This document shows positions 39,208-46,044 of a stretch of 46,044 nucleotides of DNA, one piece after another (within the stretch, counting starts at the first letter, position 1; every line of letters begins with the position of its first letter). The stretch comes from Bdellovibrionales bacterium (GTDB lineage Bacteria > Bdellovibrionota > UBA1018 > CAIMNF01), in assembly GCA_040380025.1 (NCBI GenBank), contig JBEIJY010000017.1:1-46044 (forward strand), written 5' to 3'. Both the position numbers and the translations under genes were made by a program. The notes beneath the pieces were generated by a model that was given only the letters and a program-made list of their open reading frames with translations, was not told the DNA's origin and ran no database searches.

Positions 39208-40011
39208 TCAGTTTGGTGCCTTCACCCCGACCACATAGGCCACGTAAAAATCCGGATGCCCCGCGTTTTCAGCAGGAAGATACTCCCCAGTGGGTTTTCC
39301 TTTCCCGTCTTCCTGCTCCCAGAGCACCACGCTTTTTTTGAAGCCCGCCGCGGCAAGAGCATCGCGAATTTCGGGAATCGACCACACCCGCCAGTGATAG
39401 ACAAACGCGTCGGACATCGTTTTGCCGCGCGGGAGCTTGAAGTGAATCGAGTAATCGTTCCGGCCCGTGATCGGATCATACTGTTGTTGCTCCCAGGCTT
39501 GGGTCACCATACCCGCCCCCGGAACCTTGATTCTTCGCTCTTCGATCGACGGGGCCAAAAACGCATCGCCGCCCGCGATCTCCAAAAAGAGGGTCCCCTT
39601 CGTGTTCAGCGAGGCATGCGCCGCCCTGAAGTAGCGAATGAGCTCGCGCCGCTCATGGAACTCGAAGACCGAGTAATTGAAAGCGCCGATCCAGTCGAAT
39701 TTTTCGCGGGTCGGGGTCCGGACGTCCGCGCGCCGGAGCGAGAGCCGTTTTTGCACTTTCGGCGCGAGCGCGGGGCGGTTCACGCCTCCGGCGTATTCGA
39801 GCACTTCACGGTCGAGGTCGAGCCCCAGGGCCTTCCGGCGCGGAGAGCTCTTGACCCATTCGCAGGCGATTTTCGCGGTTCCGCAAAAGTCCTCGCGAAA
39901 CGTCATCGCGGTCCGGCCCGTGAGCCACTTGTGGAACTGCGGGAGGTAATCGACCTGCCATTTCGGGCTTTGAACGCTCAATTCGTACAAAAGGTGCTTC
40001 GATACGGCCAT
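39208..40011 (-). CDS. Class I SAM-dependent methyltransferase
   Basis: LYELSVQSP, REDFCGTA motif I, GLDLD, ADV, AFNYS, LNTKGTLFLEI. Confidence 0.85.
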   Translation of the reverse strand: MAVSKHLLYELSVQSPKWQVDYLPQFHKWLTGRTAMTFREDFCGTAKIACEWVKSSPRRKALGLDLDREVLEYAGGVNRPALAPKVQKRLSLRRADVRTPTREKFDWIGAFNYSVFEFHERRELIRYFRAAHASLNTKGTLFLEIAGGDAFLAPSIEERRIKVPGAGMVTQAWEQQQYDPITGRNDYSIHFKLPRGKTMSDAFVYHWRVWSIPEIRDALAAAGFKKSVVLWEQEDGKGKPTGEYLPAENAGHPDFYVAYVVGVKAPN

Positions 40012-40030
40012 GAGGACCACCGTAGCAGAA

Positions 40031-40282
40031 TCAACGGGCCACGGTCGAGTCGGAGGGCGGGAGAGAGAGCGGAGGAAGGGGCATTCCGTAGTTGTCGACG
40101 CAAAGGCGCACCGAGACGCCATGATCGTTGAATACGGCCCAATTGCAGGGAAAGGCCGAGGAGGGGACCTGGTAGGTGCTTCCGTTGTAGGCGGTGAACC
40201 CTTCTTGCGCGGGCGATCTCTGCGCCGCGCTTGCGGACCCGATCGACTGGGTCCAAGCCATCATGAACAAAACCAGAACCAT
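40031..40282 (-). CDS. Possible small exported protein
   Basis: Signal-like MVLVLFMMAWTQSIGSASA, two Cys, Pro-rich tail. Short and otherwise unsupported. Confidence 0.35.
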   Translation of the reverse strand: MVLVLFMMAWTQSIGSASAAQRSPAQEGFTAYNGSTYQVPSSAFPCNWAVFNDHGVSVRLCVDNYGMPLPPLSLPPSDSTVAR

Positions 40283-40392
40283 CCTTGACCTCTGTGACAG
40301 AGTAGCATTCCCGGCCCCGGTTCGGGAATGTGTCGTTTGCGACAGGGGCGCCGCTTTCGCGCGATTCAACGATAGGTGTGAATCGATCGGGC

Positions 40393-40422
40393 CTGTTCAA
40401 ATCAGATCTGTTCAAATCAGAT
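40393..40422 (+). repeat. Tandem 15-bp duplication CTGTTCAAATCAGAT x2
   Basis: Exact direct repeat spanning the GT4 stop codon. Confidence 0.85.
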
Positions 40423-41791
40423 CAGCCCAAGTAGATCCCAGGACCTGCAACCATTTCCGGATTCGCCTCGATTTCGGCCCTTTTCCGGTGCTCCAACTGG
40501 ACGCATGAGAAGCAGGGAGGCGGACCGGTTGCCGGGGCGTTCGGGTGCATCCGAGCAGGTTCTGATAAAGGGATTGCATCTTTTTTGAACAATCCCCGGC
40601 ACTGGTGCTGAGGTCCGGACCCAAGGTGGATCTGATTCGTTCCAATTCATTCCGATTTTCCAGGATCCCGATCAAGGTGTTTTTCAGGGCGAGTGAGTCA
40701 CCCGGCGGAACGGTAAAGCCGTTTTCGCCGTTTCGGATGCGTTCGCCGAGAGCGCCGATTCGACTCCCGATCGGGACCAGACCCAGATCCCACATTTCAG
40801 AAAGCGAGATGCAAAAGGTTTCGGGCCAGATCGAGGCATGGATCGAAACATGGGCGCCCGGCGCGAACGCTTCAAGGTCCGACCGGCTGTATGGTCCATG
40901 AAAATGAACCCGTGGGTTCCATGACCGGATCTCATCATCGGAATAGCCTCGATCGCTCTTTCCGAAAAAGTGATACTCGATCGCAAGCCCGCGGGTGGAT
41001 CTCACGAGTTCGCAGAGGGTGTCGCCTCCTTTCAGTCTGGAGAGTCCGTTCGGGATCAAGATTTTTAGCGGGTCATCGACATTGCGGCGCACCGGTCGAG
41101 AAAACCGGGTCGCGGAAGGCGCTCCGATCACAGCGGTCCGCTCGAACTCGAGATTTTCGAATCGGCCCATGAAGTCCTTTCGGATTCCCGAAGTATTGAA
41201 AATCACGAGATCGCAATTCCGAATGGCCTCTGAAAACCCGGCGAAACGGAGAGCTTGGCTGCCTTTTTTATGACCGCGGAGCAGATAAAGGCAGGTGTCA
41301 CAGTTCCGGAGTCCGTGCTCGAGTACGCCGCAGTAGCGTCCTTCCGCCGTGAGAAGATTGTACTCATCACACAGGGCGAAAAAATCATGGACCGAGAAGA
41401 TCGTGAAGACTCCGCTTCCGCGGGCGATCGCAGGAAGGCTTGGAACCTGTCTGAGAAGATGGTGAAAGTGGACGACCCGGATTCAATGCTTCGAGAGGAT
41501 TTCGCGAAAAATCCCCTCGAGCGACGGATGGCTCAGGTGTTCCGGGCGAACGGGAGGTTCGGGCCGGAATCGCTCTTTCGCATCGGACTCGAGGGAGTAC
41601 AAAACATATGTCCCGGGCTCATTCCCGTTCAAATCCGGGGCGAAAAACCAGAACTCGAATTGGTCGCGGAGTTGTTCGGCAATCAGTCTCTGATACACCT
41701 CGACTCCCCCCGAGTTCCGTTCGATCGTTCCATGGGCGACACAGAGGATGCGGGGCCGGGATTCGGGCGGATTTCGGATGTCCATGTTCAT
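40412..41791 (-). pseudogene. Family 4 glycosyltransferase interrupted by one in-frame TGA at 41483-41485
   Basis: ORFs 41483-41791 and 40412-41206 share a frame. Reading through gives GGVEVY...LSKH*IRVVHFHHL...SVHDFFALC...SIWPETFCISLSE, a continuous GT4 sequence. Confidence 0.85.
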
Positions 41792-41879
41792 TTCCTTGCA
41801 GATCCATTTGATCGGAGTTTTCTCCAGGAATTGGGGAGCGAACAGGCCAGGATTTCATTGTCTGAAAAAGTCACCCGTC

Positions 41880-43424
41880 TCACTCATTTTGTGGTGGCTT
41901 TGCTCCATCGCGGCGGTCCATTTCGTTGAATCCATGGGACCTGAATATGATCACTGTATTATCCATGATTTTTTCGGAGCGAGTTGGTTGAAACCCGAAT
42001 TCCATGATGTCTTTTTGCCATTGCTCATGGGGATTTCCGCTGGTCGGACCATAATGCAAAACAATGCCTTCCACCCGCGGGTCCGATAATCGCTCCTTGA
42101 GATATCGGGATTGGTCCGCATAATGATCAATGACGAAAGACCATCCGGATTTGCGGCTTAAGACAGGAATGGGAGGCTGGGAAAAATTCGTGATGAAAAT
42201 CAGGAGTCGATCCTTGTCCCGGTCAGGAATGGAGGAAAATTCCCGACGAACGATTTTGGCAGCGGGAAGATAGTGCATTTGGCGTCTCAGGGCCCGGCTG
42301 GATTGCACAATCCCCAGGATTACCATCACGAGAACCACCATCACCCGGACGGGCGGAGACGGGATTCTTGAGATTCCGTAAAATCCGAAGAACGCAACGG
42401 GGATCAGAAAGGGCAATGCGTAATAGTCATGCACAAAAAAGGAGGATGCGAAAACCATTGCGAAAAGAACGAGGCATAGAAACCAGATGCCCATGAATGA
42501 TTTCAAACGTTCGAATTCGTTCGAGGTCGCTTTGTCTCGAAACGCGAGAATGCATCCGAAAACGGACAGAACTCCAAAAGGAAGCCCCGGATTCTTGATG
42601 AAAACCCAAGTGAAGAAACGAATGTAGAACTTCAACCTGAAGAGGAAAGGCCCGGCCAGGTGCCCGTACCCGTTCGCCATGTATTCAGTGACCGGGTTTG
42701 GAATCCGGGCGTGAATAAAATAACCAAGGTACAGGACTGTCGGGCTGACCGAGATCGCCGCTGCAATGAAGCTGCGCAAATAGTCGGTCTTGGAACCCTT
42801 GGAGCGAAAGGTCTCAATATTGTCGAAAATCCAGAACGCAAGTACAGAAAATACGGCAAAATACTTGAATGCGCATGCCAGCCCGAGCCATAGATAGGCG
42901 GTGTTTTTTCGACCCTCGATACGATAGCAAAGCGCAGCGATCAATGCGGCGAGCATCGGTGTGTCAGGAATCACGGAGCTTCCGTAGATCTGAATGCCCG
43001 GGAGCAAAATGAACAGACCGGAGACAAAAAGTGCGGTTTTTCTCGGGATTGCGAGAGCTCGCACACAAATTCTCCGGGTGAAGTGAATCATGGCCAGGAC
43101 GGAGATCAAATTCAAAATTCTGCCCGATTGCACCGCTCCCAGTCCGGTGATCCGATCGATTCCCACGGCAAAGAGGTGATAGAGCGGAAACTCCTCAGCC
43201 CACGGAATCACGCCCGGGTGCCAAGGTTCAAAAAAAAACCGGAGGGGGAAGCCGGATTCGATTGCACCGGTCAGATAGGACTCAATCATATGGGCAACAA
43301 AGTTTTGTTTCCCGATTTGTCCCTCCAGGATGTTGTTCCAGGCTTGTCTGAGGGCGAGGGGAACAATACCCGCGAAAATGACCAGAAAGGGCAGAATTTT
43401 TTTTATCGTTTCAGGAATCATCAT
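41880..43424 (-). CDS. ArnT/PMT-like (GT-C fold) membrane glycosyltransferase
   Basis: Many TM helices, EFPLY, GRILNLI, IPDT, ACAFK and HDYYALP patterns. Confidence 0.7.
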   Translation of the reverse strand: MMIPETIKKILPFLVIFAGIVPLALRQAWNNILEGQIGKQNFVAHMIESYLTGAIESGFPLRFFFEPWHPGVIPWAEEFPLYHLFAVGIDRITGLGAVQSGRILNLISVLAMIHFTRRICVRALAIPRKTALFVSGLFILLPGIQIYGSSVIPDTPMLAALIAALCYRIEGRKNTAYLWLGLACAFKYFAVFSVLAFWIFDNIETFRSKGSKTDYLRSFIAAAISVSPTVLYLGYFIHARIPNPVTEYMANGYGHLAGPFLFRLKFYIRFFTWVFIKNPGLPFGVLSVFGCILAFRDKATSNEFERLKSFMGIWFLCLVLFAMVFASSFFVHDYYALPFLIPVAFFGFYGISRIPSPPVRVMVVLVMVILGIVQSSRALRRQMHYLPAAKIVRREFSSIPDRDKDRLLIFITNFSQPPIPVLSRKSGWSFVIDHYADQSRYLKERLSDPRVEGIVLHYGPTSGNPHEQWQKDIMEFGFQPTRSEKIMDNTVIIFRSHGFNEMDRRDGAKPPQNE

Positions 43425-45328
43425 GTCTTGGTTGGCCTTTCAAAGAGTGGAAAGCAAACATAACGGGATTCTCCCCATATTAGCATGCCGGTATCCCATT
43501 TTTCTTTTTTTAAGCTAGATTTCACTTTTCGAAGCAGGATCAGATTCCGATCCTCCACGGCAGTTTGAAATCCCTTGTCGGCCACAAGGGTCGTCGCAAG
43601 TGCCGAAATCTCATCGGGCTTGAACCCTGACTTGAACAATAGAATCTGGGTTGTGTCCTCGCGGTCCGCGCGTCGCAGAATGGTTTCCAAGGGGTTGGAG
43701 TTTCCGCTTCTGCCGAAGTCATTGCAGACCAGCGCCCGGTCCTCCCGTTTCAGCAACACGGAGCTGTATTCTTCATGGTGCCTCAGTGCCTCGAGATCAA
43801 ACAGGATGGTGGCAGCATCCATGGTGGTGCCAAGACCGTAGATCACCCCTCCCTTGCGAAAGTCGAACTCGCGAAGAGCGGTGCCGATCGATTGGTGATC
43901 GGGCTTCAAAAACCCGTTTTTCTCTGGGTCGAGCACCGTTTCGTGCGGATTGAATCCCGCGTATTCATGAAGCGTGAGGATTCCCGCGAGAATGGTGACG
44001 ACGATCGTTGCCGATCGCTTTTGCACGAGAATGGCAAACCACACCAACGTCACCACGGGGAACAGGGTAACCCAGGTCGCTGAAAGTCTGGTCATGGTGG
44101 CACCGGCAAAAAAGGTCATCGGCAGATAAAACAACAAAAAAAGCCCGAAGGAATATGCAACATGAACCCGAAGCCCCGGATTCCGACGGTGAATCGCGAT
44201 CCCCATGGCCAGAAGCAAGAACGGGAGGATCATGGCCTCCCCGAGAGAAACATCGAGGAATCGGGAAAGATCCACAAACATCCTGCTCAGGGTATCCGCC
44301 GGGGTTCCGGCTGCCGCGTTGCCCGTATTGTGTAAAAGCCAGCGGATTTTATGCCGGAATGGCAACAGGTAAAACCAGCCGAAAGGAAGGATGATCCAAC
44401 GGGTGAGAGTCGCGATCGAATGTGGTGTTTCTTTCCTGATCCCGGAAATCGCATGATTTTTCGATGCCGCAAGCCAAGTGAGGATCAGCAAAGGCACGAA
44501 GCACAACGCCCAGATTCCATCGGGGACCCCGATCCCCTCCACTCCGAGCCGTGTGGCGGCGGTGAGGGCGAAAACACCGAAGATCAGAAAGACGATCAGC
44601 ACTGCGATGAAACCCTTCTTTTTCGCCAATTCCTTGAAGATCTTTACCGAAAGTCCGCGGGCTCCGAAAAGCGCGAGTCTCTCGAGATAAATGTGCTTTA
44701 AAAAATATGCCGCACCGAAAAAGAGTCCATATTGCACCTTTGTGAAAAAAAGGAGACTGAGCGCGATTGTGGCGTTCTTCACGAACCTGGGTTTCTTGGT
44801 GGTCTCCATGTCTTCCAACAACGAGGCCAGCGCAAAGACGATCGTCAATCCGATCGCCAGAGACTCGAGCATGATCTGAATATGAGTGCCCATGAACCAG
44901 ACCGAGTTTCCGATTCGCATGAGGAAGAAAAGAATACCGAGCGAGATCAGCACTTTTTTCCAGGCGTTCAGACTCTCCGCGGCATTGCAAAGCAGCGATG
45001 CCCACCCGAGGCAGGCCGCCAGTGCGAGAAAGTTCAAATAAACATAGGCATCGTACTGAAACGGAAAGAAGAAACTCGTGATCGCCACCAGCAGCGGATG
45101 AAGCGGCATCCAGAAACTCGAGTTGATCAGGCTGTAAAGAAAGGAAACCAGATCAAAGCGAGTCAGCTGGAGGTACAGAACGATCCCGTCCTTTGCATGA
45201 AGGGCGGGATCCCAGGACAAAAGGTGCCGGTTCGGGATCTCCAGATAGGAGTCGAAATACGGCCAGGTCAGGGCGAGGTAGGCCAAGGGGAGCCACAGGA
45301 TCGCGCCGAGGGTTCTGAGATTCATCAT
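43421..45328 (-). CDS. Polytopic membrane protein, probable GT-C glycosyltransferase
   Basis: N-terminal TM then WDPALH loop, WMPLHP, IMLES, FFTK and >10 TM helices. ATGA overlap with the next gene. Confidence 0.6.
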   Translation of the reverse strand: MMNLRTLGAILWLPLAYLALTWPYFDSYLEIPNRHLLSWDPALHAKDGIVLYLQLTRFDLVSFLYSLINSSFWMPLHPLLVAITSFFFPFQYDAYVYLNFLALAACLGWASLLCNAAESLNAWKKVLISLGILFFLMRIGNSVWFMGTHIQIMLESLAIGLTIVFALASLLEDMETTKKPRFVKNATIALSLLFFTKVQYGLFFGAAYFLKHIYLERLALFGARGLSVKIFKELAKKKGFIAVLIVFLIFGVFALTAATRLGVEGIGVPDGIWALCFVPLLILTWLAASKNHAISGIRKETPHSIATLTRWIILPFGWFYLLPFRHKIRWLLHNTGNAAAGTPADTLSRMFVDLSRFLDVSLGEAMILPFLLLAMGIAIHRRNPGLRVHVAYSFGLFLLFYLPMTFFAGATMTRLSATWVTLFPVVTLVWFAILVQKRSATIVVTILAGILTLHEYAGFNPHETVLDPEKNGFLKPDHQSIGTALREFDFRKGGVIYGLGTTMDAATILFDLEALRHHEEYSSVLLKREDRALVCNDFGRSGNSNPLETILRRADREDTTQILLFKSGFKPDEISALATTLVADKGFQTAVEDRNLILLRKVKSSLKKEKWDTGMLIWGESRYVCFPLFERPTKT

Positions 45329-45469
45329 GATGGGACGAATTTAGATCAGCACGAAAAGGCGGGGAAGGGGAAATGCTCGGGGGTGTCAGGGAAGAGTCTT
45401 GTGAACGAATGTGGTTGCACAAAGTATTGGATTTCAAAATTCACGAGTTGAAAGTAATTTGATCCGGAC

Positions 45470-46044
45470 ATGAACCCATTCTCAAAAATCCACATTGCAG
45501 GCCACCGAGGAATGGTGGGCTCGGCAATCGCCCGGGAGCTGGAGGCGCGGGGGTACCGGAATCTTGTTCTTCGCACCAGCCGCGAGTTGGACCTGACCCG
45601 CCAAGCAGAGGTCGAGGAATTCTATCGCAGTGAAAAGCCCGGGGTGGTGGTCCTTGCGGCCGCCAAGGTGGGGGGGATTCTTGCAAATTCCACAAAAACA
45701 GTTGATTTTCTGTACCAGAACATCATGATCGAGGCGAATGTCATCCGGGCGGCGGCTCAAACCGGAGTTTCGAAACTGCTCTTTCTCGGAAGCTCCTGCA
45801 TTTATCCCAAGCTCGCGCCCCAGCCGCTGAAAGAAGAGTATCTTCTCTCGGGCAGCCTTGAGCCCACCAATGAGGCGTATGCGATTGCAAAAATCGCAGG
45901 CCTCAAGCTCACCGAATATTACAATCGCGAAAAGGGTCTTCCCTATATCTCCGTCATGCCATCGAACCTGTATGGTCCGGGCGACAATTATCATCCCGAT
46001 CATTCGCATGTGATCCCGGGGCTGATTCGCCGATTCCATGAGGC
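45470..46044 (+). CDS. fcl: GDP-L-fucose synthase, 3' truncated by window edge
   Basis: My translation gives [51 protein letters not shown]. Absent from the ORF track because there is no stop in the window. Confidence 0.95.
   Translation, partial: MNPFSKIHIAGHRGMVGSAIARELEARGYRNLVLRTSRELDLTRQAEVEEFYRSEKPGVVVLAAAKVGGILANSTKTVDFLYQNIMIEANVIRAAAQTGVSKLLFLGSSCIYPKLAPQPLKEEYLLSGSLEPTNEAYAIAKIAGLKLTEYYNREKGLPYISVMPSNLYGPGDNYHPDHSHVIPGLIRRFHE

Noticed and set aside
38668..40131. 487-aa plus-strand ORF across the hip genes and methyltransferase
   Set aside because: Opposite three well-supported genes, with no motifs.
41483..41485. TGA as selenocysteine or a genome-wide recoded stop
   Set aside because: TGA ends many genes here (e.g. 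sdhC, sdhB, nfrB), and no SECIS-like hairpin follows.
41255..41929. 224-aa plus-strand ORF in the apparent gap of the GT4 gene
   Set aside because: The region is explained by the interrupted minus-strand GT4 frame.
45482..46039. 185-aa minus-strand ORF
   Set aside because: Shadow of the plus-strand fcl gene.

Overview
A GC-rich bacterial chromosomal segment. The gene mix (many Sec-exported orphan proteins, three-subunit sdhCAB, a myxobacterial-type small protein) suggests a Bdellovibrionota/Oligoflexia-like organism, but that is inference. Housekeeping genes: partial ureohydrolase (hutG-like), glpK, radA, ligA, patatin, LysR, sdhCAB, MFS, copA, partial fcl. Accessory blocks: (i) 16.4-22.4 kb, exported orphan proteins including a tandem array of four paralogous ~190-aa proteins (signal peptide, Cys-bounded coiled coil, variable hydrophobic hairpin) behind a terminator, a promoter and a foldable leader; (ii) 29.0-37.2 kb, an NfrB/WecB-type surface-glycan locus that also carries two distantly paralogous exported proteins, one with an aerolysin/ETX-like Ser/Thr-rich segment, plus a DUF2334 deacetylase-like fusion and a likely beta-barrel; (iii) a tripartite HipBST-like toxin-antitoxin operon with two palindromic operators; (iv) 40.4-46 kb, a glycosylation region with a GT4 gene broken by one in-frame TGA and two GT-C-like membrane proteins. 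Six genes show a TAnnnT-N6/7-ATG leaderless-promoter signature. No rRNA, tRNA, CRISPR array or transposase was seen. All family calls come from motif recognition by eye, not database searches.
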